NCBI GenBank assembly: GCA_951406725.2
Contig: OX597831.1
Location: forward strand, 75,950,001 to 76,014,000
Direction of reading: 5' to 3'
Source of the DNA: Octopus vulgaris
Lineage: Eukaryota
DNA: 64,000 nt
Shown here: piece by piece, positions 27,030 through 45,828 of the stretch
Layout: the number at the start of each line of letters is the position of its first letter
How positions within the stretch are numbered: position 1 is the stretch's first letter
The notes under the pieces: generated by a model
What the model was told of the DNA's origin: nothing
What the model saw: only the letters and a program-made list of their open reading frames with translations
Databases searched by the model: none
Position numbers and translations under genes: made by a program

Positions 27030-27352
27030 CTCTTTTAGATGTTTCAGTCATTTGACTGCAAGTCATGCTGGAGCACCGCCTTTAGTCGAGCAAATCGACC
27101 CCGGGACTTATTCTTTGTAAGCCCTGTACTTATTCTATCGGTCTCTTTTGCCGAACCGCTAAGTGACAGGGAATGTAAACACACCAGCATCGGTTGTCAA
27201 GCAATGCTAGGGGGACAAACACAGACACTAAAACATATACAACACATACATACATATATATTCATATATACGACAGCCTTCTTTCAGTTTCCGTCTACCA
27301 AATCCACTCACAAGGCATTGGTCGGCCCGGGGCTATAGCAGAAGACACTTGC
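27030..27352 (-). mobile_element. SINE family B, 5'-truncated
   Basis: Near-identical to the reverse complement of the 3131-3519 copy. Confidence 0.9.
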
Positions 27353-27461
27353 CATATTATATATATATATATGTGTGTGTGTGCGTGTGTGTGTATGTTT
27401 GTATATATAGTGAGGTGGAGGAAAGAAAATAGATGCAAGATATGTATGGGTATTGAAGTTG

Positions 27462-27527
<66 letters not shown>

Positions 27528-27572
27528 TGTATCACATCTAAACTAACTATGACTTAACTATCTTCTCACAAC

Positions 27573-27624
27573 GTCTCTGATGAAGGGATATAATTAATAA
27601 ATATCCTAGAAACAACTGTAAGAC
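27573..27624 (+). ncRNA. Minimal type I hammerhead ribozyme (Penelope-like element terminus type)
   Basis: Stem I gtct/agac; core CTGATGA 27577-27583; stem II gggatat/atatcct; GAAAC 27609-27613; near-palindromic ACAACTGT; GTA triplet 27618-27620. Confidence 0.7.
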
Positions 27625-27824
27625 CTATCTATAAATGCTCTAATATCTACACAGCCTTGGTTTTTTATTTTATTACGCGAAAAATTCTTATATATATGAA
27701 TATATATATATGTGTATATATGTATGCATATATATATATATATGTAACTTGCCACAATTCCCTTCATCATATACGCAGTCATCACATTCGGTTAAAATGG
27801 CCTACTGATGTTGTTTCTCTTTTT

Positions 27825-27911
27825 TTCCCTAATGAGAAGGTCGCATTTTTTTACATTATTTTATTCCCTCTGGAATAATACCAATGTTATCTTCGAAACA
27901 TATGTCGGGAG
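27825..27911 (+). ncRNA. Hammerhead-like motif with extended stem II and mutated core
   Basis: ttcc-CTAATGA-gaaggt...atcttc-GAAAC-ATAT-GTC-gggag. Palindromic ACATATGT stem III; G5 position mutated to A. Confidence 0.55.
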
Positions 27912-28439
27912 TATAAAGATTTGAATAACACCTGCGTTATCAGGTCGACCTCTAATGAGTGATTGAACTTGCCTACGACCGTTGTGTTTTATTTTTTCTC
28001 TTTTACGGTGAATTCCTTTGTCGTTTTCTTGTGCCACATTTTCAATATATATATATATACACCATTGGCCCATCTGTATTATTTCCCTTAAATTCTGTTT
28101 TTTAAAACTATCATTTTAATTAATAAGGGTCAAATATTTTCCGTGGCTTTTAATCGGTAAGGAAAAACATTCATCAGCTGATCAGACAAGTTTCTATAGA
28201 CGATGCTATGCTGATGAGGTCCATAACATTAAAGCATATCCATAGTTAATTCCCTTGCTTAGCAAACAAGTCCATAGTTTTAGCAAACTATGTAAAATCG
28301 CCTTCACAGATTAAATGAAAACTGCTTCCAAATTATCTCCCTTTTCTGTAAGAATGGCTCACAATTATCTTTGTTTTTCCTTTTTGTTTTTGAAGTCCGG
28401 CTAAAAGAGAAATTAAAGGTTCTTGCTCAACCGTTCATC

Positions 28440-30275
<1,836 letters not shown>

Positions 30276-30397
30276 AAAAAATAAGACACATTCTACGCAC
30301 ATCCAAACGCACATATGAAGTTGAACCTGGTGGAATTTGAACTCGGAATGTTAAGAGCCGGAACAAATACCACAAAGCATTATTCTCGATGATTTAA

Positions 30398-31278
30398 AGC
30401 GGTGAGCTGGCAGAATCGTTAGCACACTAGAGGAAATGCGTCGCGGTATTTCGCCCGTCGCTATGTTCTGTGTTCAAATTCCGCTAAGGTCGATTTTGCA
30501 TTTCATCCTTTCGGGATCGATAAATTAAATACCAGTTGACTACTGGGGTCGATTTAATCAACTATCCCCCTCGCCCAAATTTCAGGCCTTGTGCTTATAA
30601 TAGAAAAGATTATTCTCGATGATCTCCCGATTCTGACACTTACTACCTTAAAGATAATAAGAATAAACCTTTCCACTAAAGACAGAAAGCTTGAAATTTT
30701 GTTGTGCAAGGGCTATATGATAACATCAACCTCAACCTGCAGCTGGTACTAACTTCATCGACCCCGAAATGGTGAAAGGGTAAAGTGGAACTTGACGTTA
30801 TTTGAACCTGGATCCTAAGGACGGATGAAATGCCGCTAATAAGGGTATAAACTTTTGGCGCAAAGCCAGCAATTTCGGGGGAGAGACGTAAGTCGATTAC
30901 ATCAACCCCAGAGTTCAACTAGTACTTTTGTTATCGACCTCGAGAAGGTGAAAGGTAAAGTCGACCTTCGGGGAATTTGAACTCAGAATGTGAAGACGGA
31001 TGAAATGCCGCTAAGCGTTTTATCCGGAATGCTAACGATTCGGCCAGCTCGCCGCCCTAATAATAATAACAGTAATAATCCTTTCTTCTAAAGGTACAAG
31101 GCCTGACATTTTGGGAGAGGGGATTACATTGATCCCAGTGTTTAACTGGTACTTAATTTGTTGACCCCGAAAGAATTATAGGCAAAATCGACATCAGCGG
31201 AAGTTGAACTCGTAACGTAAAGATGGACGAAATGTCACTAAGCATTTATACCGACGATTCTGCCAGCTCGCCATCTTA
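30398..31278. mobile_element. Cluster of SINE A copies: plus ~30398-30610, minus ~30680-31058 and ~31080-31278
   Basis: Family A head and core in both orientations. Confidence 0.85.
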
Positions 31279-31289
31279 ATGCCAGCACT

Positions 31290-31830
<541 letters not shown>

Positions 31831-32409
31831 AAGAAGAAGAAGAAACAACTAGCAAACATTGAATAAACACGAACAAAACAAAATGTAAAAGATTTAAAAA
31901 AAATATATTTAAACAACCTGCAGGGGTGAATAACGGTTTGGCATAGAAAAGGAGACATTTATAATGTTTGGAGTGGAGAATAAGGGAGGGGAGAAGCGGA
32001 TTGTAATGCTAAATATATAAATTAAATAAAGAAGAATGGTAAAGAATTGAAGCCTGCTGCTTCCATGCTAAGAATAGGAAATGCGAATCGATGGCTGGCA
32101 AATACGGTAAATATTGTGGAAGGAAACTTGTTTTAAAAAGATTAGCACTTGATTATCTGTTAGTCAATGATGTGTTTTAAACGAACTCGGTGCTCAGTTC
32201 CTTCATTCTTTCTTTCCTTCTCTCTTTCTTTCTTTCTTTCTTTCTTTCTTTATTTATTTATTTCTTTCTGTCTTTCTTTCCTTCTTTCTTTCTTTCCTTC
32301 TTTCTCTGCTGTTGCTTTTGTTAAATGTTTGCATCTAACACAAAAGTTTAATTGAAATTTATTTTTGTAAAATGAGCAGTGTCTCTCTCTCTCTCCCTCA
32401 CACATACAC

Positions 32410-32502
<93 letters not shown>

Positions 32503-32594
32503 AGACTTCACGAAGAAAAAACAACAAAAGACGAAGACAGGTGGTATAGACAACAGACATATGTATTAGTATAACATACAGGAAGTGAAAAAGT

Positions 32595-32630
32595 CTTTAA
32601 CGTTTCGAGCCTACGCTCTTCCACAGAAAG
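32595..32630 (-). ncRNA. Minimal hammerhead-like motif in a short element embedded in (TA)n
   Basis: cttt-CTGTGGA-a-gagc gtag gctc-GAAAC-GTT-aaag. Palindromic AACGTT; A6 replaced by U. Confidence 0.55.
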
Positions 32631-32680
32631 GAACACAGAAAAGAAACAATGAGAGAAAAGAAAGAATGTGTAGTGGCTAG

Positions 32681-33636
<956 letters not shown>

Positions 33637-33819
33637 TTGAATTAGAAATAAAACCACTATTAGGCAAATCAAACAGTGAAAAACATAAACCAATACATAG
33701 AAATAAAAATAATTAATGTAATATACAAAATATATAAAATATAAAATTCTAAATTTAAATTATTTAAATTTAAAGTTAAAATTTAAAAAATTATTTAAAT
33801 TATTAATTTATACTTATAA

Positions 33820-33850
<31 letters not shown>

Positions 33851-35095
33851 CGAGAAAGAAGCAACAAGAATGGATTAGTTTTTAGTACAATTGTTTCATA
33901 CAAAGACAGGCTTTATTAAAAGTTGCAAAAATTGCAGCAGATGAATCTCAATTGCTTTTATTATATATATATATATATATATTATAAATATAACTATCAA
34001 AAAGTATTAAAAAGTTTAATATAAGATAAAGAGTAAAACCACTACGATCGTTTCATGCCCATAATCCAATTCGAATAACAATAATTTGAATTCAATTAAT
34101 AATTCGAATTATGGTTATAGTCAATCTTTAGGTTAATGATAATATTTAAATAAATAATCAAAAATATTTAAACAATATTTTTTAAGAAATAAATAAAATA
34201 ATAAAAAAAAATCAAAATAATAATAATAATAATAATAATGATAATAATAATAAAAATGACTATTCATATTATTGAATATAATTTCAAGTCAAATAATTAT
34301 ATAATACTTGAATAATAACTAAATAATCAATGAAATTATATAAATGTATATAAATATAAGAATTAAGATCTAAAATTATCTCTATCAATAAATATATATG
34401 CACGTATAATAAAAACCTAACAAATTAAATATTCATTATTACTTAAAAAAATTAAAAGATTAAAGATGAAATAGCTAATTGTAAACACACAAGCAAGCAA
34501 TCTTAAAAGAACGCTATAACTAATTGACGATCCATATATCTCGTTGGCTAACTAATAACTTTCAAAAATTGTATAGTTAAAAAACTAAAATGAAATAGTA
34601 AAATACTTAATGAAATAATCAATCTGTAGTTATATAGTATCAAATAAATACTACGAATATATTTATCAATGGAAAAAATATACCAATTATCAATTTAAAA
34701 AAAAAACAATACATAAGTTATAATAACAATTATAAAAACTTTAAAATAACTATCAATAAATATAGTTATTTAAGACTAAAATTTATGCTATCAATACATG
34801 TATATACATGAAACCTAACTTTAAAAAAACTCGTATAACTGTTAACGATCTATATATCTCTTTGGCTAAGTAAAGTCTTACGAATAAACGTAAAGTTAAA
34901 ATCTAGTAATTAAAAAGAGAAAACTACGATAACTAGCACAGTACATAACCATCAGTATTTATATAAAATACAATATTATACAATAAGACTTATTAAAATA
35001 TTTAAATTTAAAAAATTTTTTAATCTTAAATCTAAATATATACTTAGCTTTGCAAGGTTTTGTGATGATATATATGTATATATATATATATGTAG

Positions 35096-35197
<102 letters not shown>

Positions 35198-35297
35198 GTA
35201 TGTATATATACTTTGATACTTTGATACTTTGATAGGTTTCGGCCATTATTGGCCCAGGCCATGTCTAACTTAATAGCACCACATATATATATGTATG

Positions 35298-35337
<40 letters not shown>

Positions 35338-35345
35338 TATGTATG

Positions 35346-35381
<36 letters not shown>

Positions 35382-35586
35382 TATATTTATTTATATATAT
35401 ATGTATGTATGTATGTATGTATATGTATATATAACGAGAGAGCGCGGGAAAGAATGATTATATTCTCTATCAGTTGTCTCTCCTTTTAGCCATCGTTATA
35501 TTTTATTTTATTCCTGAAAACATCAATTCAATTCATATTAGTTGAGCCCCAAAATAAGGAAATTTGCAATTGAAAAATATATTATC

Positions 35587-35975
35587 AGGTGCAGGAGTGG
35601 CTGTGTGGTAAGTAGCTTGATTACCAGCCACATGGTTCTGGGTTCAATCCCACTGCATGGTACCTTGGGTAAATGTCTTCTACTATAGCCTCGGGCCGAC
35701 CAAAGCCTTGTGAGTGGATTTGGTAGACGGAAACTGAAAGAAGCTCGTTGTATGTGTGTGTGTGCTTGTTTATGTGCCTGTGTTTGTCTCCCCAGCATCC
35801 TTTGACAACCGATGCTGGTGTGTTTACCCCGTAACTTAGCGGTTCGGCAAAAAGACACCGATAGAATAAGTACTAGGCTTACAAAGAATTATTCCCAGGG
35901 TTGATATACTCGACTAAAGTCGTTGCTCCAGCATGGCCACAGTCAAATGACAGAAACAAGTAAAAGAGTAAAAGA
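35587..35975 (+). mobile_element. SINE family B, full length
   Basis: ggtgcaggagtggctgtgtggtaag head through acagaaacaagtaaaagag tail. Confidence 0.9.
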
Positions 35976-36051
35976 AAGAAAGAATATTTTGTTATACACA
36001 CACACATACAAGCATCACTCTCTTTCTCTCTCTTTTTCTTTCTCTTTCTCC

Positions 36052-36157
<106 letters not shown>

Positions 36158-36175
36158 TTATATATGCATACATAC

Positions 36176-36257
<82 letters not shown>

Positions 36258-36589
36258 GATTGCGGTGATGGTGGTTTAGGTTCACGTATACAAGGGGACA
36301 GCATTATCTACTTTGGTTTCAATTCATGAAAGAAACGTAAGAGAACCATTAGGAATATCGGAGGTGAAGGTCAATAATGCTCTCCCGGTATTGTCAGAGA
36401 GGGACTTTGCTGTTGGTATTTTATTTTGTGTTACAGATATAAGGCGGGAAATGAAGGAGAAAATTCGATGGCGAAAAAGAACTAGGAAGAGGAAAGATGA
36501 GGGGGAAAAATCAAAGTAGAAAGGAGAGAAGGTAAAACTGTAATAAGAAAAATTAAGATGAAGAAGAGGCAGCAAAGATGAATGGAGAA

Positions 36590-36642
<53 letters not shown>

Positions 36643-36901
36643 GTTACTAATGTCAATCCATAAAGCAGTGACGATTTGTTCTACGTAGACACAAGGGCAT
36701 AAGTAGAGACAAATCACAAATAAAGCAGCACTATCATGAGGTAATGAGGAGACAGCCAGGTAAAACCTGAAAACGGAAGTTTCTCTTATTTCTTTCACTG
36801 GCGTATTTATTTTCATTGTACACATTCTTCCATTGTTTTGTTTCATGGTTGCACACTTTTTCAGCCATGTGCTTCAGATGTTATTTGTTCATCTCCTTGT
36901 C

Positions 36902-37058
<157 letters not shown>

Positions 37059-37100
37059 AATCTGTCTCTCTGTCTCAGTGTCTGTCTGTCTCTCTGTCTG

Positions 37101-37193
<93 letters not shown>

Positions 37194-37294
37194 ATAAACG
37201 TACATGAATAGAAATCAAATACCTTGTACTAAACCATGAATTATCTCTAAAAATATCCTCTAAACTACATAAATATAATTTAAAACATTCTCGT

Positions 37295-38105
37295 TAATGA
37301 GAATCCACCCGTATGTAATCGCTCGGACAAACTATTAAGGGTAGCAGTATGATTTTTATCTCCACCGCTTCAAGCGTAAATGTTGTAAAATTCGTCGCTC
37401 CACCTGTTATATGTGTTACTGTATTACAAAACGAAACCATTCTACACGTACAACAACAGATAACTACAACGTGCAACATCACGCAAAGCACAGTACGAAA
37501 CTGGTGAAGAAAACATTAGCAGACAATACCTGCATACTAAACAACATTTCCCTCAAAAGAAGATTAATGACGGAAACAATACTCAGAACAACACAATGCT
37601 AGAATAAAATATGTAAACACATTCAGAATATGAAGGTTTGGTTCTCACGGGAAGTGAATTTAGCAACTGATTGCAGTTAGTGGTGACGGTGCTGACGCAA
37701 TTTAATCTGCAGATCAAGACATTTACGATCAAATACTTTGGGGGTAACCCTGGAAGTATGGGTCCGAGATGCTATGTTTCATGCAGCGATTAGTCATCGT
37801 TGAAAAACAGGTGAGTCTTTGTTCAAATTGATTTATAATTAAAGATATTCCAGTTGAGGTTATCTAGTTTTTTCTTTTCAGGTTTTGTGTATCTAGTACT
37901 ACATTAACCAGTCTGCCCTTCTTATATTTATAGTTGGAACTTCAGGATTCGTGTCAATAATCTTTGTAGGCCTTACTACATGATAATATTGATGCGGGTA
38001 ATGTCTGGAACCAAGTTATTCAGGTGAATACCTGTAGAGAAAACAGAGGGCCTAGGAAAGAAAAATGCGGTTTGCTCTCAAAACTGGACAACATGTTCGG
38101 CCTAT
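37295..38105 (-). pseudogene. EVE L PRNTase (capping) motifs B, C and D in three islands
   Basis: PE*LGSRH 38001-38024 (YxGSxT-like, Tyr codon to TAA); NIASRTH ~37770 (conserved Trp TGG to CGG); SGGDKNHTATLNSLSERLHTGGF 37301-37369 (GxxxHR...GGF-like). Confidence 0.6.
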
Positions 38106-38759
38106 AATCTTTTTTCAAAGACATTAGTGTGGCTTGGGGACGAATTTAGCTGCTATTTTCAGCAGAATGAGCAAGCATGTACTGGCTCTGTCAGTGTGTT
38201 CAGCTGCGGCATATTGTTGTTAAACGCCAGGTCAGTCTTGATAGAGCAAACATATTATGAAAGAGGTTCCCGCCATGACCATCCTGTTCCATTTTAAGGA
38301 CTACATTGTCCAATGTATCCTTCCTTGCAATGTTCGTTTGGAAACGTTCCATCTGGGAATATTCTATTTGGCAAAGTTTGATCCAGGTTGCTATCCATTC
38401 TGATTTGATATGACCGGAAGATGTTGGCAAAGGAAACGGTCAGAACAGACTGATCAGATCTTCGAAGTTTTTATTATCACCAAGATACAATTCCAAATCG
38501 TTCCAGCCACGACCATCTCACTTCATTTTCAGGCAATGTATCCACATCTGTGTTATGTATCCTCAGATGTGTTTTGAAAGAAATTTGGCTGCTACATCTA
38601 GCTGGTCAGACTGGTGATTATGTCGAGGTTTTAGTGGCCTGTCTTAAGATAGCGTGTTGCCCTGTTTTGGGTATGTTTTTCGATAAGATGTAAGAACATG
38701 TGAGTTTATAACTTTGTAGTGTTCCACTGAGAGAATGGAGTTTCTCAGTGATCTTCGTA

Positions 38760-38940
38760 AACACGTAAATTGATGAACACCTAATTTGACACAAGAATTA
38801 AGGTCTGGAACACGTAAGTTGCTGGAGACACAAATTGTCGAACACGCCATTCGTAGAATATGCAAATTATTGAAAAACTTGTCCAACACGTAAGTTATTC
38901 AACACGTAAGTTATCAGATACGTAAGTTGTTGGAAGTTGT
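38760..38940. repeat. Degenerate ~16-bp tandem repeat aacacgtaagttattc
   Basis: cacgtaa/tacgtaag recurs at least five times. Confidence 0.65.
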
Positions 38941-39817
38941 TCCATAATCTTTGTAATTAAAAAAAAAACATATATATATTATTGAAGGTTTGTATTTGTA
39001 ATTAATAAAAGAGATGAGAAAGAAGCAGAAAATGGAAAGAAGGTATGTGGTGAAATTATTTCATGAAAAATAAAATCAATAAAAAATAAAAAATAAAAAA
39101 AGGAAATAAAGTGTTAAATAGTAATAGAAATGAATGTTAGAATTTAAGAGGAAATAAATGAATTTAAATAAACAAATGGAAAGAAAGGAAGAAGGAAATT
39201 TGCAAATGAAGCAGAAAGGTAGAAATGAAAATTATGGAAGATGAAAACGGAAGTGTTTGGTGTTACTGGAAAAGGGGAGAAAACAAGAAACGAATAAAGA
39301 AGGAACATCCAACTCTAAGGAAATGAATAAAAGAAAAAAGAAGCAAGTATGGAACAGAATAAGAAATAGAAATACACAACGATGAAGAAATAAAACGAAA
39401 ATCAACGGAAGTAGGAAATAGGTTTGAATGAAAGTAAAGTCAGGTAAGATGGAGAGGCGGTTGTAAGTAACATCGAATTATAAAAGAGAGAATTATTAAA
39501 TAGACAAGTGAGTACAAAAATATGAATTATGTAGAAAAATAAGAAAATAAGGAAAGTAAGGGTTCGCTGAAGGTCTACCTGGCCTGAAAGTTCATCGTAT
39601 GTCACAAGTAAGAGAGGAGGATCTGAAAAGTCCTTTTTCGTGGTTCGCATGGTTAGGTAAATATCCGGCAAAGTTCATATTCGAATCTCTGTCTGTCTGT
39701 GTGTTTGTCTGTATCTAACTCTCTCTCACGCACTCTGAATATGATCACACAAACAAAGGATAAGCATGCAGTTTTCAATGGCATCAAAGTATTTAAAAAA
39801 TAGTTACGCAGAAGTGA

Positions 39818-39871
<54 letters not shown>

Positions 39872-39895
39872 TAATTGAGATTCAAGTGCTTTTTT

Positions 39896-39963
<68 letters not shown>

Positions 39964-40094
39964 CATATATATACATATATATATATACATATATACATAT
40001 ATATACACATATATATATACATATATATACATATACATATATATGCATATACATATATATACATATATATACATATACATATATATACATATAC

Positions 40095-40148
<54 letters not shown>

Positions 40149-40790
40149 ATATATATACATACATATATATATGCATATATATATATACATACATAAATAT
40201 ATATATATATATATACATACATATATATACATGCATATATATATATATACATATTTATATATACATATATATATATACATATATATACATATATATGTAT
40301 ATATATTTATATATATATATAATATATATATATTTGTATATATATATCTATATATATATATGTATGTATATGTATATATATCTATGTATATATATATATG
40401 TATAAATATGTATATATACATGTATATATGCATACACATATATGTATATATATATCTATGTATATATATATATGTATAAATATGTATATATACATGTATA
40501 TATGCATACACATATGTATATATATATATATGTATATATATGTGTATAGATATATATATGTATGTATATATATGTATATATATGTGTATAAATATATATG
40601 AATATATATATCTGTGTATATGTGTATATATATGTATATATGTATATATATATATGTCCATATATATGTGTATATATGTATATATATATGTCTATATATA
40701 TATATGTATATATATATATATGCATATGTATATATATGTATATATATGTGTATATATGTATATATATGCATATGTATATATATGTATATA

Positions 40791-41168
40791 CACTTGCGTC
40801 AGAAATTAATTAGCACTTCTCAAATTTCTACATTAAATAGGTTAAATCAATTAACCTTATGAGCTGTTCAAAACGTCTTACGCGATGAGAAAACTTAGTA
40901 TGGTGTGATTTCGGTCCTTGCGAGGCGCTACCTATATCTATTAAACAAAGGAAGATTTGTCTGCATCCGCACTCCAAGTTGTTGCACTGCTATGTCAACA
41001 TCATAAGGCTGTAGACTCTCAAACTGCTCTGCAAACAAAGTTACGTCATCGTTCTGCGCAACAGTGAACTCGCAACAATGCAATAGTTCGAGATATGGCC
41101 ACTAGGTGACAGCACATACCTTGAGTGAAGAGCAAATCAAGGGTGCTAATTAATTTCTGACGGTAGTG
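40791..41168. mobile_element. Tc1/mariner-type MITE, 378 bp, TA target site
   Basis: TIRs cacttgcgtcagaaattaattagcac / gtgctaattaatttctgacggtagtg, flanked by TA, inside a (TA)n tract. Confidence 0.9.
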
Positions 41169-41267
41169 TATATGTGTATATATATATATATGTATATATA
41201 TATATGTATATATATGTGTATATATATATATATGTATATATATGTGTATATATATATATATGTATAT

Positions 41268-41303
<36 letters not shown>

Positions 41304-41569
41304 GTGTATATATATATATGTATATATATGAGTATATATATATATATATGTGTATATATATACGCATATATGTATATGTATTTATATGTATATATATGTA
41401 TATATGTTAATATAAATATATATGTGTATATATATGTATATATATATACATGTATATATATGTATATATATATTAATATATAACTATTGTAGGATAAAAA
41501 TCTTTTCGGGAAAAAAATTTTATCAATGGCCAGCATATCAAAAAATACCTTTAAAGGTTAAATTTATAA

Positions 41570-41856
41570 ATAATTTACAAAATTAGGGCGAAATAAAAAT
41601 TCTAATGCCAAATATGTCGAAAAAAAGACAAAAATTGTCAATAACCATTATAATTTATGCGTCTCTAAACAAACCGATAGAAATTTCTAAAAAATCCGTT
41701 ATTACCGTATTGGTCCCAATTTCGGGGTTAATTCATAAGAAGTTTCTATCGGTTTGTTTAGAGACGCATAAATTATAATGGTTATTGACAATTTTTGTCT
41801 TTTTTTCGACATATTTGGCATTAGAATTTTTATTTCGCCCTAATTTTGTAAATTAT
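41570..41856. repeat. Perfect 114-bp inverted repeat with 59-nt spacer
   Basis: 41570-41683 is the reverse complement of 41743-41856. Confidence 0.95.
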
Positions 41857-41921
41857 ATATTAATATAAATATATATGTGTCTATATATGTATATATATAT
41901 GTATATATATATGTATGTATG

Positions 41922-41984
<63 letters not shown>

Positions 41985-42389
41985 TTTAACATAAATATAT
42001 GTGTATATATATATCTATTAATATAAATATATGTGTATATATATATGTATATAAATATATATACATATGTATATGTATATGAATATATATACATATGTAT
42101 ATATATATGTATATATATATATATGTATATGTATATATTTGTATATATATATGTATATATATGTATGTATATGTATATATTTGTATATATATATGTATAT
42201 ATATGTGTGTATATTTATATATTTGTATATATATATATGTATATATATGTGTGTATATTTATATATTTGTATATATATATGTATATATATATGTACATAT
42301 ATGCATATATGTATATATACGTGTATATATATATATATCTGTATATATGTATATAAACGTATATACATATATATATGTATGTATGTATA

Positions 42390-42429
<40 letters not shown>

Positions 42430-42447
42430 ATATCTATATATGTATAT

Positions 42448-43000
42448 GTCAGGTCACTTTCGAGTGCTACTGGTAACATGTAACCCAGTACAACCTGTTG
42501 CATGGTCGGGTCGTCGGCGACTAAACCGGCAACCCCACCAAGCTTGCTTGGTGACGAGGGTGTTTATTGGTCACCCTGCTGGATGAAAAGCAAAACCCGT
42601 CAAAGGGTTGAGGAACTCTTGAGAGTCAACGGCCATCCAATAAATGTCTTAAGGCTGTATCATGTGCGGGGACATAGAAATAATCGGACCGAATACCCGA
42701 TCGCGCGGTTAAATCATTGTGAGTGAAGGACTCCTAGCCTTTGTTAGGGCATCCTTCTAGGAGAAGGTAACTCAGGTAACTGGGATAACTCTGAAATAAA
42801 ACCTGCGGCCCAGTGGTCACCGATGATGTTGACTTGTTCTTCTTTTCGATTATGGCTGCTGTTGCTTAGTGAGTGGGATTGACTCAGTGCACAGCCTTTC
42901 CTCACTTAAAAAAAATCTTCTTGCACAGTCATTGCACAATAACAACATTGATTAAACTTCGTGCAATGGCCATACCCGATAACGAGGGGGCAGCCACCAT
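42448..43000 (+). mobile_element. Probable RTE-type LINE 5' region or non-autonomous derivative
   Basis: GC-richer block with ggcatccttctaggagaaggtaactc...gaaataaaacc, similar to RTE 5'UTR motifs recalled from memory. No ORF. Confidence 0.45.
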
Positions 43001-43199
43001 ATGTATATGTGTGTGTGTGGGTGTGATTTGCTTGATTTGATCTAGTTTTAGCTCATGAGCCGTGACCATGCTGGGGTATCGCCATTTGGTGTTGCTACAT
43101 AAGTTTACTTCACTAATTCATTTTAGAAATTAACATTTGCTGCACGAATGAGTTAGATCTTAAATAAATGCGCCCTTTTAAAGTCTAGCCAGGCTCATA

Positions 43200-43410
43200 G
43201 GTTTCCCGGTTTCTATGGTGTATGTGTTGCCCAGCTGGACGGGACGCCAGTCCATCGCAGCGTTACTCATTTTTGCCAACTGAGTAGATTGGAGCAACGT
43301 GATATGAAGTGTTTTGCTCAAGAACACAACGCATCATCCAGCCAGGAATCGAAACCACAATCTTACGATCATGATGCTGACACCCTAACCACTAAGCCAC
43401 GCTCTTCCAC
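43200..43410 (-). mobile_element. SINE family C
   Basis: Reverse complement of the 24792 copy. Confidence 0.85.
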
Positions 43411-43785
43411 TTGGGAGTCTTATACCATCTTATAAATATTTATTTTGCAACAAAATACTTATTGCGGAGAGACTTTTGGAACGCTCTCTATATTCTGAAA
43501 GCTTATACTGTCATAGATAAAAGGAAAATCTGAGGACTTCTTTGTGGTGTTTCTTCATGGATTGGGGGGTAAGAACCGGTCATCGATTTTCACAAAGTAC
43601 AGAAAGCAAGGATAGGTCTCTGCTTTTTGTTTTATTTTTGTTTTTGTTTTTGAATGAAAGTAAAATGAAAAAAATCAGGAATGAGAAAAAAGATGAAGAA
43701 ATAAAAATAGGAATGAGCAAATAGAGGTGCAAGATGAACAAGAATGAACGTTGTTGAAGGAGGTTGGAAGAAAATGAATGAGAAA

Positions 43786-45518
<1,733 letters not shown>

Positions 45519-45524
45519 TATATA

Positions 45525-45554
45525 TTGACAAGGGGCAATACCCCGAGACGCGTC
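45525..45554 (+). ncRNA. Decayed minimal hammerhead-like motif
   Basis: TTGACAA-gggg caata cccc-GAGAC-GC-GTC versus CTGAYGA...GAAAC. Palindromic ACGCGT. Confidence 0.4.
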
Positions 45555-45786
45555 TGTAGCTGTCAGACTGGCAGTGTGAAGCGGCTGACCTCCCTTGTTC
45601 GAAGGTTATAATGGATACAGATCGTGTATCAATAGCTATCTTGATGGCGGTGGCCTCATGGAGCTGACCATGACAGCGATTATTCTTATATCTATAAGAA
45701 TGCCATATTAATATGGCGATAACAATTAATTTCCAGTAAACGCCGCCATAATCTCTTTTATAGAGACTTAGTAATTTTAATATTTC

Positions 45787-45828
<42 letters not shown>

